A DNA stretch of 64,000 nt from Eutreptiella sp. 'Long Island Sound 2002'. Lineage: Eukaryota > Protista > Euglenida. Positions 1 to 13,560 of the stretch are shown one piece after another; position 1 is the stretch's first letter; every line of letters begins with the position of its first letter. Where the stretch lies: assembly GCA_964036045.1 (NCBI GenBank), contig OZ038378.1, forward strand, positions 194,866,001-194,930,000, read 5' to 3'. The position numbers were made by a program, and so were the translations under genes. The notes under the pieces were generated by a model that saw nothing but the letters and a program-made list of their open reading frames with translations, was not told where the DNA came from and did not search any database.

Positions 1-1253
1 CACACACGCCCCTTGAAGGGGGGTTGGCTGGCTGGGTACCCCGTAGTACCAGTGCCCAGTGCCATGCCCATGTCTTTGTGTGGCTTGCTTTTGTTGATTG
101 CTCAGGCGGTAAAGTGGAGGGGGGGGGGGGGCAAAATGGGTGGGTTGTGGGTGAGATTGGAATGGTTGTCCCATGAGACAGGCCAGGGGCATGCACAAGG
201 GGTTCGGCAATTTGCTTTTTGGCATGCGAGAATGCCATCTTTGCAAGATTTGCTTCCACATGAGTCAGCAAGTTGGTAGTTGACAAAACCAGAGGCTGAC
301 ACCACCACCGTTAGGGTTGAACCCTGATCTGCAGATGTAGAGGTTTTTGGCTCTACTCAAGTAATATGAAGTCATCGCTGAGGTTTGTTACTTGAAACGT
401 GGTTCTAGGATATCCAGCCTCCCAGACCCCCCCCCCATTTGTGCAACAACCGCCTTCCCCTGCCCAAATGGCGCTTGTTGGCCTGAAAACGCTGTCCAAT
501 CACTGCCCGCGGTGAAGCAGTGAAATATTGCATGTTGTTGCACAACTGGGCGGGGGCCAAGCAGTGCCATGCTCAACAGCCCTTGGTGTGTATTGGCAAC
601 CCACCCCTGTGTCTGGGCTATGTGTTGCCCAAGTTGCACTACCCGAGGGACTTCTATGGCAACAAATTGATTTGGGACCATCAATTTGGTGCCTGTGTTG
701 CACATAAGCTACACAGTATCTCAGTTGTACCCTGCATTTTTTTGGGGGGGGTCTGAGTGTCATTTGGGTAAGGGGGACTGGGGTCATATGCACATTGGTG
801 GTGTGAAACATTTCCGCGCCTCACTACCGAAAAGACAGCGAGTCTATGGCTCGATTTATTAGTTCCCAAATTCGCAACAAGCTGTGATGTGCACCATCCT
901 AAACAGGCCAAGAGCACACGCATAGGGGATATGAAACTGGCGTGCAGAGGAGCCACCAGGCACAGCATGCTGGCAGCAAATTATATTGTCCATTTAGTTG
1001 GCAGGTGATGTGCATTTTTTTTTAGTACTCCCTGGATATGGAGAATATTTTCCTCGACAATCGTGAATTGGAAGAGGATAGTCATAGCAGAATTCTGGTT
1101 GTTGCAACATCCCTGTCCCTGGGGGCATTTGAAAGGGTGTGTACAAGAGCTACTGTGAGGCGCGCAGGCTACGCCAGCTCATCTTGGTCTGAGGCAAAAA
1201 AAAAAAAGAAAGGGTGTGTACAAGAGCTGTGCACAAAGTTTCACTTTTTTGTC

Positions 1254-1425
1254 TACTCAGTTTTTTTTTAACTGAGTAAGAAGCTTTTTTGTGAGTTGTT
1301 ACTGAGACATACGCTTGCCTTTTTTCTCTCAGTTTTTTTTCTGAGTAATTAAAAGGCATTTTTTGCTCAGCTTTTCTACCGAGTAATGACAAAAAAAAAT
1401 TGTCACTCAATCATTTTACTCAGCA
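1254..1425. repeat. Cluster of short hairpins with CTCAG/CTGAG stems and T- or A-run loops
   Basis: TACTCAGT-T8-ACTGAGTA (1254-1278), CTCAG-T8-CTGAG (1328-1345), an imperfect third copy (1366-1385) and TGACA-A-run-TTGTCA (1387-1405). Confidence 0.6.
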
Positions 1426-1989
1426 GAAAAAACAAGTTTTTTTCAACGCGGCTATGCAATAAAAAAACTTCGCTTTTTTTTCGTGAGGGGGCTGATCCCT
1501 TGGAGCCCAGTGACTACAGGGCTTGTACGGCATTTCTGATTCCAACCCCTGTATTGGGGACCATGGGAAGGTGGGGGACGGCAGCTGGCAGGTAGTCAAC
1601 AGCAGTTGACCAGGGGAACAGCGGTTGTAAAAGGGAGCTTTCTTGACGTTCTGGTGTGGCTGGGCCCAGCAGCGCATTTATTCTTCCACCCACGTGGCAG
1701 ATCATCTGCCTGCCCTCAGTGCCATGCATCTGATCAAAACTGAACACCAGATAATCCACAGGTGCATTTGTCATGCTGTGCCAACACAATCTGCAGCTGA
1801 GGCTGTGTGTACTGCTAAATCCAGACCTTGTTCCTGGGGCATACACAAACAAATGAACGCCATTTGGGTGCTGGCATATTTTGTTATCCCTGCTGTTTGA
1901 TCTGCACGGAAAAGGGTGCACACTGTCATGCAACTGGAGGTATGGTTAGCACGTGGTGATCCGGGACCCCCTGGCCCTGTGTTCCACAG

Positions 1990-2098
1990 ACGCACATCAG
2001 CGGTGGCTAGCATTCTCGAAAGCTCACCGCTCGGGCTGGGCTACTTGAAGGGAGTGGACGCCATGGGGCAGTATGCTGCAATGGTGAAAGCTCTGGAG
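1990..2098 (+). CDS. Candidate internal exon (RTSAVASILESSPLGLGYLKGVDAMGQYAAMVKALE), possibly an upstream exon of the PG-repeat gene
   Basis: TGTTCCACAG acceptor and strong GAG|GTGAGT donor around an open frame (phase 2 in, phase 0 out). Not linkable by phase to the 38637 exon without an unfound exon. Confidence 0.5.
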
Positions 2099-3409
2099 GT
2101 GAGTGACACCAGCTGAGGGCAAGAATCAATGGACAAGGAAGACAGTGTGGACCTGGCTGCTGTTGTACACAGTAAAGGGAGCAGTAGTTGACTGTTCAGG
2201 GTCCTGCGGTAAAACAACAGGATGAAATGTGACGCCACCTCCTGCTGACTCCCCCAGCATGCAAGGGCCATTATAAGCCCACACCTTGCGGGGACAGCCA
2301 TCCATGTGCGATTCATTTTGTTCCAGAATTCGGGGGCATGGGGCAACCCCAGTGAATCGCATCGGGCCTGGACCGTCTGTGACATGGAGCTCAATATCAC
2401 GCAGTGCTGGGTAGGACAGGGGTGACCTAATTTATTAACCTTCCCCCAACCTGCCCCCATCCCCTTTCAACAGCTGATAGAGGTGGGCATTTAGTAGATG
2501 GGAAGACATGCAAGTTTGCAGTTGGACGTGCTGAACGTGGAGCAGCATTGTTAGACAGATCCCCCGGGGAAACTGGACGTCACTTTGGTACTCTACTGGG
2601 ACTTCGATGCCACAAACTGCATTTGTTTTTTTTTGCAGTCCTGCCTGCTGCATTTTCAGGGATGTGCAGGTCACCTCTGATTCAAATGCTGCAACAAAAT
2701 GGGCGACATCCTTGCCATGTGCAAGGAATGTGTGGCACTGGATATCAATAGACTCGAGGTTACAGCCCCCGTAGGCCATGCAGTCGGGTTCTGACAGCTG
2801 GTGTAGTGAATTTGCTGTGTGCTTCTGGTATTCTCAATTGCTGCATGCATGCAGCGAATTGAAGTGGCCTCCATTGCTGTCAAAGTAGCCATTTGACAGA
2901 GATGGATATCTAATTTGGAAGCCCCCGAAAAGCGTCTGGGTGCTGGAACACTGCCATGATAACACGCTTGTTGTGTAGAAAGGAAGTCAAACAGCTTTTG
3001 GGTACATTCCAGCATAGGCCGTGGTAACCTAATAACTCTCCATCTCCCTGGCATTGTGTTTCCTCCAGACCCTCAACTTCTTGTGTTGGTTTGGCGCAAG
3101 CACAGTTGGCAGGGAATGTGAATGTTGGCAGTATTGTGAGGGTTGGTGGTATTTTGGCAGTGGAATGGGTGGTCAGCACCGTGACCCACCATACCTACCA
3201 GTACCATCAGCGCCATCCTGTCATGCCAGTGCTGACGTATGCCTTCACCTTTCCCTATGATTGTCCGTTCAGCAGGGAAATACTTTGTGCCAATGGTCTT
3301 CGGAGCAAACCAGCGGCTGCGCCAAGTATTGCCCGTGTCGTCCTGGTGCCTGACGGCCCGTGTGCGACAGTACCTGGGTCAACGGCGGTTTTGGAGCAAT
3401 GCCAGGATG

Positions 3410-3742
3410 AGTGCCCCCGGGGGGCAGGAAACACCCTGCGCCGTTCACAGTGCCATGCAGGCGATCATGCGATAATGCATGTGCTCCAGACTACACATTT
3501 GCATTGTACCCACGGATTTTAGGCTTGAAGAAGACACATTGTCCTTCGCGTACAAATGCGCAGTGGCAATGCCGGAACGAGTGCCCCTGGGGGGGCACTC
3601 CCCAGGAAACACCCTGCGCCGTTCACAGTGCCATGCAGGCGATCATGCAATATTGCATGTGCTCCAGACTACACATTTGCATTGTACCCACGGATTTTAG
3701 GCTTGAAGAAGACACATTGTCCTTTGCGTACATTTGCGCAGC
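3410..3742 (+). repeat. Tandem duplication, unit about 178 bp
   Basis: AGGAAACACCCTGCGCCGTTCACAG...GCGCAG at about 3427-3563 and again at about 3605-3741 with few differences. Confidence 0.9.
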
Positions 3743-5094
3743 GGCAGAGTTCGAATCAGTGCATTCCCATGCCTTGCCCAATTACATTGTACCCACAGAA
3801 TCTAGGCTTGCAGAAGAAATGTCCTCCTCAACGTAAGTATGCATGTGCAGGGTGCGCATCAGAGCATTTGAATGCTTCTGATCACCAACGCCTTCTGTAT
3901 CCATCCAGACGTTCCTCTCTCGCACCCTTTCCTGCCTCTCTGGGCATTGTCTGTGCCCTAAATATGCACCAAGCTGCTCACCTTCCCAAACGCCCATAGA
4001 TCTACCCACACATGTTGGGTAAAATGCATTCCTTGGGATTCTGCATATCCAATTGTCAAGCCCGCTGGTGCATGGTGCAGTTCTCTGCAGCTTAATCGCA
4101 GAATTGGACAGCTCTGAACCTTGAATCTATGAGTGATCTCGAGTAATACAAGCTGAGCGGACCTTGCTGGCTCATATTGGTCTGAACCCCCCCCCCTCCA
4201 AAAAAAAAGAATTTTCTTCGAACCTGTCCAGTGAACCTCAACCCTCCCTTTCTGCTTGCTGAAAGGGCTGGTTCATCGTATGGATGACCCCATGGTGCTT
4301 TGCATGTGCGTATTTCAGAATTTTTGTGGATTTTCGTTTGTTGATTTATTTGTGTTATTATTTTTTTATTTAACGTATTTGTTTATTTTATCTATTTATT
4401 TTGAGGCTTTTGCATGCAGTATCAAACAAATACGATGGGGGACTTAAGCGGAGTGCACGCGCAGTGCGGCCACTTGGGCGTTTGGCCGTACTAGAAACCC
4501 ATAATTTGTGATACCTTGGGCATCATGGTTGTTTGACAGCAGGTTTTGATGCTTCTTCCACATTGGGGATGTGGCCATTTGCATCCCTTTTCACACGGTT
4601 TTTGCTCATTTCCACCACATCCACTTGATCCATTGATAGCACGAAAACTTTGGCAAGGTAGCTTCGAGTATTTTGCCGTGGGTGAGTTTGGGCGGGGGGT
4701 ATGCCATTGGGGTCATGGGTGCTGCTCTAGGGTTCGGAGACCACCTCAATTCTTTGCAATCTGGCCCACACAGAGTCTAAACCTTGATGATTTGGATGTC
4801 AACACGATGCCAGTTATTGATGAGTGAGGGTTTGCTACTTCTGTTGTATGTGTGATCGTTGCCGACACCAAGACCCAAGTTGCCCTCTCAGGAGGTCAGA
4901 AGTTTGAAAGCAAGGCACTTTTGACAGTGGATACCCACGGTGGCGACCATCGCTGTTCATGGTAGCTTATATTTTGCATGATATCATATGTGGAGGGAAG
5001 GTAGTTTGCAATAGTTCTTCAGCTAGGGTAGTGGGGGTCGCCTGATTTTAAGGCCGTTTGGAAGGGGCGTGCATGGGGGCTCTTCGGGGGGCAC

Positions 5095-5680
5095 CTAGTC
5101 TAAAAGTAGCGCGGGTTGTGGGGCTTGGTTTGGAGAGGCGGACCGGAGGAATGTGGGATTACCCGTCCCAGCTATAGAGAGACAGAGTGTGGGCAAGGGG
5201 GAACTACGCGGCATCCTGCGCGCCCTACAACGTCGGCGGGCGGGGGAAAAAATGGTAGTGGTGTTGGGCTCATAGTATGTGTACAAGGGGATCACTGAGT
5301 GGTCCCCCAAATGGCATCGCCACTCTTGGAGAGTGAAGTTGCGTGAAGTGGGGCACCGGGACCTGTGGGAGGCCATTTTTTAGTTGCGGCAGGATGCGGG
5401 CGCCCTGCTTAAGTTCATCTGGACCCCCTCACATATGCGGGTGGGGGGGAACGATAAGGCCGATGCGCTAGCAGAGTTTGGTAGAGAGATGCACTCCATT
5501 AATAAAAAACGAAAAGGGGACACCGACCGCGTGCCGCGCCTGTGGCGGGATGCGGGTCTGTCACCGATGCGCACCGATGTGTCGTCCTCAGAGTCATCAA
5601 GGGACGACTCCAGTGTGGTGAGCTCATGGGCAAGTGCAAGAGGGGAGTTGCGCCCCCACGCTGACCTGCCATTGACCTGA
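5095..5680 (+). pseudogene. 5'-truncated LINE fragment: RNase H domain and acidic tail
   Basis: KSSAGCGAWFG, QSVGRGELRGILRAL, YVYKGITEWSPKW, HRDLWEAI, FIWTPSHMRVGGNDKADALAEFG are RNase HI-like motifs, broken by stops. Confidence 0.8.
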
Positions 5681-5917
5681 CATTGGTCTGTATACCTGTT
5701 TATCCATAGAGGGGGCAAGCATACCTGAAAATGTACTGGGACCTCGCGCCGCAGTGCGCTCCATCGTCGCGGCTCGTGGAGGCCACGGCGCGGTCGACCA
5801 TAAACAAGTCGATCATGAACAGCGGCTGCATGGGCGGCTGTACCGAGATGGGATGGGAGGAGGGGCGAGCAGCGGGTTACTAAATGGTGGTTATGGTAAC
5901 GGCTATCTAACCACATC

Positions 5918-5985
5918 GGTAGCATAGTATACTGGAAATGCACTGGGACGTCGTGGCGGAGGCCCTTGGTTCGAACCCCGGCGAG
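5918..5985 (+). ncRNA. tRNA-like (SINE-head-like) Pol III module, not an intact tRNA
   Basis: A-box-like TAGTATACTGG with a pairable D-stem and B-box GGTTCGAACCCC. The anticodon and acceptor stems do not pair. Confidence 0.55.
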
Positions 5986-6335
5986 TGGGTCATGGCGCCG
6001 TCAGGTTTTGGGCTCCCCTTTTTCATGCGTATGAGTAAACAACAATCCTGATCGCCTAAAGGCACCGAGAACCTGTCCATCCGGGCGGGAGGGCAGATGC
6101 ACAGGATGTGCACGCACACGTGAGTGCGGCTTTGTCGCCTTGTCACACACCTCGGCGCAGCTCCGGCGCGTATGAACAATTGGTGGCCGCGGCTCTGCCG
6201 CTTTTGCTGGACGTTTGAAAGATCATTTCCTGCCGGTAGGATACCGGGGGTGACGGCCATCGTCGGATTATGGCTAAAAGTAGCGCGCAGTGCGTGCAGA
6301 GTGCAAGGATTCCCCCCATGCAAGATGTCAGTAGG

Positions 6336-7542
6336 GAATTGTGCTATGTTTGCAGCGGAACATATGCTGAAACCCTGGATATATCATTTTTGTTCCCATG
6401 TTGTGAAGGCATTTGCCCCACCCATGGTACTATTTCGAGCACAACTGAGTTGTGATTGGGAGGGCTGATGTCCTCTAATAGGATTGAGCAGCCGCATAGT
6501 AAGAACGCACTGATGCTCTAATTGTTTTTGTGACCTCTAGTCTTTCTGATGCTTGCGTCCTCTTTATGGCTGAGCACGAGACCTCAGGGCACTGATACCC
6601 AGAATTTCACCCACCCCTATGCAAGTGAGTGATGGGGTGCAGGCTTGTCCAAATGCACGAGATCTACCGTGCCATTTTTCTTGGACCATGCTGTCAGCAG
6701 GCTCAGTGGTTATAGCAATGTGTTGTGTTGGTCTTCCTTGAAGGCTAACTCTAATTTGACTACTCCCAGAATTTGATAGAGCTCAATGGATGCTCGAAGC
6801 TCGTCAGGTGTTAGTGCAGACATTTGAATTGTGCGGGCAGCTGAGGCTGGTGCAATTTTTTGTTTTTGCAGTTCTACCTGCTGTGTTGTGCTCAGGTATG
6901 GGCTCGCCCCAGTATGGTATGCCGGATGTTTGGTTGGTTCTGGAACTCTTCAATGAATTTCAATGCGAAAAAATAGTGTTTATCAAGTGCGCCCACTGTC
7001 AAGTACGTAATGCGACACAGCGGATCAGATACTGTCTCTGTCTCTGTCTCAGGGCGTTTGTTTGTGTTGGTTGACCCTGACCCCCCCGCCCCCGCCTTTC
7101 GATGTTGAGTGTTGCCATGCAAGACGAAAACCTTGTGTTGCTTTCTTTGAAAAAAAAAAGATTGAACACGGGTTTCATGTAGGGCTCCATGACCCTGTAT
7201 GTATTCACCTCATACCATTCTTGCGTGCTCCTGCCCGATGTTTGTCTCGTGACCCAGCAGTGGGGAAGTCAGGGCAGAGATGACAGCCAAACCGTGCAGT
7301 TGAGCTTGTGACCCACTTTGTGAGAGACCAGAATCACTTGGTGTTTGTCTGGAGGTTCTTTTCAAAGGGTGTCGTTGCCCACGGGGGAATGCAGACTCCA
7401 TGTACAGTTAAGCCCTGTTGTAGTCTATTGTTTCTTCCGCTCCCAAAGGAGTGCTACCACCATAAGCAACACCAGACTGCGGGCTGGGGTGCAGCAGACA
7501 TCACACGCCCTGCATCACACGCCATACCCCCTTAGGCACTCT
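6336..7542 (+). repeat. 1207 bp direct duplication, copy 1
   Basis: Near-identical to 9108-10314 (offset 2772). I counted only about 4 substitutions by eye. Confidence 0.95.
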
Positions 7543-8384
7543 ATTTTTGCACACAGGTCTGCTTTCAGTGGTTTGAATGAATCGCAGAATGCAACAGCAC
7601 TTGCAAACTCAACACCTGAAGTGAGGTTTGCAACGTTGTGCCATATGCGCTGAGCTGTTTGTGTGGGAGCACATTTCCCGACGATTTTGATGGTCGGCGG
7701 GCGAACACCAATGCACAGACAACCCGCAGAGGAGAGGCGCAACCCCTGACCCAAGGGGACAGGACCGAGCTGGTGTTGGTAGGAGGGCTCTCATGGGGCT
7801 CCCAGTATTCACCCTCGCTGGCCCTCAGTCCCCCTTTCTCGGTGTTCTGAGACCCAAGGCTGGGGTGTCGGGATGATGATCAGGGGTCGGTCGTTGCGCG
7901 TGTTGGAGGTTTACATGTCGGGCCGCAGCCGCCCCTCAGGACCCCCTAACACACACCGACGGTGAACAATGAGGAACCACCAACTTGGGCCTGAGCCGGA
8001 AAATGTTTTTGGCCTCTGTGGACCGGGGCAAAGGGGAATACCGTACTATTTTTCATTTCTGATGAATGGTAAAAGAAGATTTTACCCCACTTGTGTATGT
8101 GTGTGTGTGTGTGGGCCCCAGGTCACAAGGAACAAGTTGCCCCAACTGTTGCCCATTCTTGCCTCATTCGTCAAGGGGTGGGGCATGTGATTTATGGTCA
8201 ATGGAGTGGGAGAACAAATGCAGTTCACAAACGCATTGTGGCAGCTGTGCAAGGTGACCATGATACTGCTTTGTATCCAGCCCTGTTGCTGCTCAGGATT
8301 AAGGCTTCCAATTGGATGAAGAGTTGCGTTGTGCATGTTGGGCCCTGCGATGATGGTTTTGCATTCGTCATGCATGATTGCAGC

Positions 8385-8990
8385 TGAACTCATCTTTTTG
8401 TATCTGTAGTAATAGCTTTTTGTCATCTCCACTGCACAGCCCAGCATGAGCTCGGATCAGGCAGGTGTTTTGGAGCTGTTTCTTCGGTTTGATTGCCCAG
8501 TATTCGGGGCCAGACGAAAGGAAATCATCATCTTGTCTTGAACGCCACATTGCTGATTTTGTGCTTTTGTGCTAGTTCCTACTATCTGCTCCGCTAGGTG
8601 CAGTTTTAGGTGTGTCATTACATGAGCGCACCCACCAGGGCACTGTGTGTCAGCTGGTGTCAGCTCGAAAGCAACCAGTCATTGCTGTGTAATATGTGCG
8701 GACATGCACCATTCATGTGGCTTGCCAAGAGTGCCGGTGCACGGCCAGCCACCTGCCAAGTGATGGCCCCATGGACTGTAGCTCCTTAAAATGATTTCCT
8801 TCCTTCCTTCCTTCCTGGCCAGTCACCTACCAACCACGCACTAATGTACACCCTGCCACCACCGGGATGTGCCCAGCACCAACAATCTTGAAGTGCTGTG
8901 CTTGCACATCGACCAAGAAGTAGACTTTCGTGGATTCGGAGGAAAATATTTGCGCACGTCATATACCAGTGGCCTGAGTGCAAGCCCCGC
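8385..8990. repeat. Uninterrupted copy of the host repeat into which both complete YR elements inserted
   Basis: Aligns, with indels, to 13800-13818 + 21447-21873 + 27961-28055. Confidence 0.9.
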
Positions 8991-9107
8991 AATTTCTTCG
9001 ATTTGGAAGTTGAGGGCCATGCTTATAAAGGCCAGGTCCATGTCATTGTGCCATTCATGGGAAGAAAGAATGGATTTTTGGCATCCTACCAACAATGTTA
9101 TAATGAT

Positions 9108-10314
9108 GAATTGTGCTATGTTTGCAGCGGAACATATGCTGAAACCCTGGATATATCATTTTTGTTCCCATGTTGTGAAGGCATTTGCCCCACCCATGGT
9201 ACTATTTCGAGCACAACTGAGTTGTGATTGGGAGGGCTGATGTCCTCTAATAGGATTGAGCAGCCGCATAGTAAGAACGCACTGATGCTCTAATTGTTTT
9301 TGTGACCTCTAGTCTTTCTGATGCTTGCGTCCTCTTTATGGCTGAGCACGAGACCTCAGGGCACTGATACCCAGAATTTCACCCACCCCTATGCAAGTGA
9401 GTGATGGGGTGCAGGCTTGTCCAAATGCACGAGATCTACCGTGCCATTTTTCTTGGACCATGCTGTCAGCAGGCTCAGTGGTTATAGCAATGTGTTGTGT
9501 TGGTCTTCCTTGAAGGCTAACTCTAATTTGACTACTCCCAGAATTTGATAGAGCTCAATGGATGCTCGAAGCTCGTCAGGTGTTAGTGCAGACATTTGAA
9601 TTGTGCGGGCAGCTGAGGCTGGTGCAATTTTTTGTTTTTGCAGTTCTACCTGCTGTGTTGTGCTCAGGTATGGGCTCGCCCCAGTATGGTATGCCGGATG
9701 TTTGGTTGGTTCTGGAACTCTTCAATGAATTTCAATGCGAAAAAATAGTGTTTATCAAGTGCGCCCACTGTCAAGTGCGTAATGCGACACAGCGGATCAG
9801 ATACTGTCTCTGTCTCTGTCTCAGGGCGTTTGTTTGTGTTGGTTGACCCTGACCCCCCCGCCCCCGCCTTTCGATGTTGAGTGTTGCCATGCAAGACGAA
9901 AACCTTGTGTTGCTTTCTTTGAAAAAAAAAAGATTGAACACGGGTTTCATGTAGGGCTCCATCACCCTGTATATATTCACCTCATACCATTCTTGCGTGC
10001 TCCTGCCCGATGTTTGTCTCGTGACCCAGCAGTGGGGAAGTCAGGGCAGAGATGACAGCCAAACCGTGCAGTTGAGCTTGTGACCCACTTTGTGAGAGAC
10101 CAGAATCACTTGGTGTTTGTCTGGAGGTTCTTTTCAAAGGGTGTTGTTGCCCACGGGGGAATGCAGACTCCATGTACAGTTAAGCCCTGTTGTAGTCTAT
10201 TGTTTCTTCCGCTCCCAAAGGAGTGCTACCACCATAAGCAACACCAGACTGCGGGCTGGGGTGCAGCAGACATCACACGCCCTGCATCACACGCCATACC
10301 CCCTTAGGCACTCT
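9108..10314 (+). repeat. 1207 bp direct duplication, copy 2
   Basis: Both copies start GAATTGTGCTATG and end TTAGGCACTCT. No TSD or TIR seen. Confidence 0.95.
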
Positions 10315-13300
10315 TCACACTCCCCTCCACGTTCAAAGTGACAAAGCGGATCGACCTGGGTGGTGGTGGCGGTGGTCCGGGCACTGGATGGATATCATTG
10401 CTCAGCTTACGCAGCCGTACCCCCATATCCTAGAGCATGTGCGCGGGTATGTACACCGCGGACTTCAACCAATGTGTCCTTTGTGGTGCTGCTGCTTGGG
10501 GGCCTTGTGTGGTGTATTGGTACTCTGTGGTTTGTATGCGAACCAGAGTGACCAAGATGACAAACAACCAATGCATGCGTGCTAGATGCCTCGTTCAGCC
10601 CTCCCGCCACGCGTAGCCGTCGTGAGGTAGTTGATGTGTATATCTTCAAGAATCATGGATATTTGGGTCCACGCCTTGGCGTATTGGTGTTTTGTAACCA
10701 GGATCGGCACCCCTCTCCCGACTCCACCACCACCTGAACCCGGTAGACAGTCTCTCCGTTGCAGGAAACGAGTAAAGGGGTATAAACGCCATGTACAGCC
10801 ACAAACAAACCCCGAAGAGGAACATGAGGGTTATTGCTGCCGACACATCCCACCCTATCCCAGACGGCAACGGGTCATTGTCCTAGAGGAGAACCTCCAG
10901 ATGGCTGTGAGAGATTCATGATTCCTTGTACTCAGCATTGGCAGCCAAGTTAGTGGCCGTCAATCGGTATGACTGCGCTGTAATGGCATCCACAGAACCG
11001 TACATTTTGCCCAGTTCGAACCTCCACCATTCTGGGTCCTCGGGGTGCTCATCAGAGTTGGTAGCTGTGTGTACAAGTGATCCAAACGCTGCGAATCAGG
11101 CTTGCCTACCACACTGATTTCTCCCGTGCCAACCCCAAAGACTGCCCCATGTGCAATGACTACGCCATCTGTAACCTCATAGCAAACAAAGTAGTGTGTC
11201 GTCTTGGCGCACACTTGATGTGCTATTTGGGGCATTTCTGAGATCGACCCGTATTTTGCCGAATTGTGCGGCAACCAACTGCACTATGTCCTCAGGTGCA
11301 TGCGTAGGTGCTGTGATAATCACCTCTGTGGGTTTTGTTGGTAGGATGGGGCCGGGTGCCTGCTCCTATGTGCCTCGGTCAAACTTTCCGAAGAAAATGC
11401 GCTCGTCAGTATCCAACTTCTTCAGAACCATTCTACCCCTGGACCATAACTTCATTGCCATTTCTTGCAGTGGTACACCTTGGCGGAAGATAACCAATCG
11501 TTGGTACCTCATATGTGGCATTGATTATTCGAAAAACGGCGACAGGAAAGCTTGCGTTCTATCCCGGGGTTCCGCTTCTTCTACCTCTAAGGCACCCATG
11601 ATTTCGACCTCTAGGTCTTCAGGACACGTAACTGAGGACACTGCATCCCTGCTCTTGGGCTTTGCTTTTTGCAGTGGGTAGACGTCCGCCACACATGATA
11701 CCTCAATGTATCGAGGGATTCCTTCTGTGCCATTCAATAGGTCAAATCGTCCAAACGGGTGTCCTATCCCGTACATGCCTTTCGCTTCCCCTATCACGCC
11801 ACAGTGCCTCTCTCCATGCAAGGCGTGGTCAAAAGTGCCACGCGCCCTCATGTGCCCAACTTGCATCTCTTTGTCACCCTTAAGCCACCGCCCAACCTAC
11901 TGCGACGCTTTCATCATTGCAGGTTGAAAACTTTGAATTCGGTGGGGGGGGGAGAACCCGACACACAAGACTTGCTCTTGGGTCTAGGGAATGTGGAAGG
12001 CGGTCTTTGTTTCACTCTCCGCAACATGTATGGTGTATAGGGCGAGCCTAGTCTCTAGGGTGCCCACCGGTGCCGTTTTTGGATGTCGCTTCTCGTTCAA
12101 GAGAGCGTGCGTGTTGTATTTTGCCGTCGCGACGGGCATGTGTTGGCGCTTTGCCTTTGTTCTTTGTTTGCAATCTTTACTGCTGCAACACCATATATCC
12201 AAAATTTATGATGTGATTATCTCATTTCCTGTTCAGAGTTCCCTTCTTCTCCCTTCTTGCCCATTCTTTGTATCATGTAGCAAACATAACCCTGATACTA
12301 CGTTTCTCATCCATGAGAGCGTGCACAGGTATGTCACAGTACTCCGACACTACCCCAGGTCAGAAGGGTTGGGTCTGGCCATCCAACTTGCTCTGCCTGA
12401 CATGCCCCCCCTGGTGATCATCAACATACACGGACCCTTCGAAAAGGCACAACTGCATGCCATGGACAAATAGCTGGGCACCTTTAATAGACTAGACATC
12501 CTGATGGGGGACTTTAATGATAAGATATGGGGGCAAACACACAAAACCCACTGAGTGGTGGCACACCAGACTAATTGACGGACCATTGCAAGATCCAGCC
12601 ATGGCTGTTGCTGAAGACATCTCGCTTGCTGGATTGATTACACACAATAGGGGACGATGACTCGATGCCATGCTAGTCTCTTCTGATGCATGGCGAATAT
12701 GCCACCCTGAGGCTTACTACACCCTAGACTATTCTAATGCTGGCGATCACCTTGGGGTTACTACTTACTTACCTTGGGGCTGACTACACAGAGGAATGGT
12801 ACAGTAACACATCCCCGGATGTTTTCTTTGCTCCGGGCGTGTGCATGGGTGAGTCTGGCGATGCGCCGTTGCAAGCCCTTTTGGATGCCGTAGTCCTAGG
12901 ATGTGATACGATAGGTCCACCTGATGCAGCCACTTCTGGTATGTCTTTTCCATATAATGTAGCCACGTACCTACCCTCCTATACCACATGCCGTCACAGC
13001 GCCTTTCTTTGAGAACACCTTGGCATCCATTGTTGTACATATCCTGTGCCTCTTGCATCAGTCTAGTGGTTTGGTAATTAATCCTGGGTGCGGGCCGCTT
13101 CTCCGTCACTTTTGATGCCCGATAGTATCGTGGGTGAACTCAAGGTATTTTAGCGCCTTCACCTTGGCATGGTAGAATCTTGTGACATTCCTTGTCATCC
13201 TCCCTTGTTGCCCTAGCAGGTACCTTCACTTTTGCGCGCTTTTGCTTCCGGGGTTTGTACATTACTTGCTGTCGCAACACTTGTGGGGTGGGATCACGGT

Positions 13301-13560
13301 TACACACCCTAGGCTTGATCTTACCCTACCATGCACTAACGGACTGACTCAGCCGTGTTTCTTCGTTGTCCCTAGGGGGCATGGTGAACTCCTTCCTGAG
13401 CTGGTAGACAATGTGAAGCATCATGTATTGGTGATGCGCCGCACGCTCCTTGAAGTGGGTTCCATATCCCGCGGGTATTTGGCTATAGAAGGAAAGGGTG
13501 ACTCTAAGGCACGCGACATGGTGCAAGTCTTCCGAGGATGAGGGCCAAACAGAGTCGTGG
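10315..13560. pseudogene. Rearranged, degenerate LINE relics in mixed orientation
   Basis: Minus strand RSIRFVTLNVEG (APE start) near 10320-10360. Plus strand IINIHGP, LMGDFND, LDAMLVS and AGDHLGV (APE) at about 12410-12760. Minus strand RFYHAKVK and MDAKVFSK (RT-like) at about 13000-13200. Confidence 0.6.

Noticed and set aside
752-761. TCTGAGTGTC resembling the euglenid spliced leader
   Set aside because: Only 10 nt match; the T-run and donor site of an SL gene are missing.
4455-4495. GC hairpin plus CTAG as a Helitron 3' end
   Set aside because: The hairpin abuts CTAG, the next base is A rather than T, and no 5' TC end was identified.
6336-10314. 1.2 kb repeats as LTRs of a TRIM/LARD
   Set aside because: Homology extends past the possible TG/CA ends; no TSD, PBS or PPT seen.
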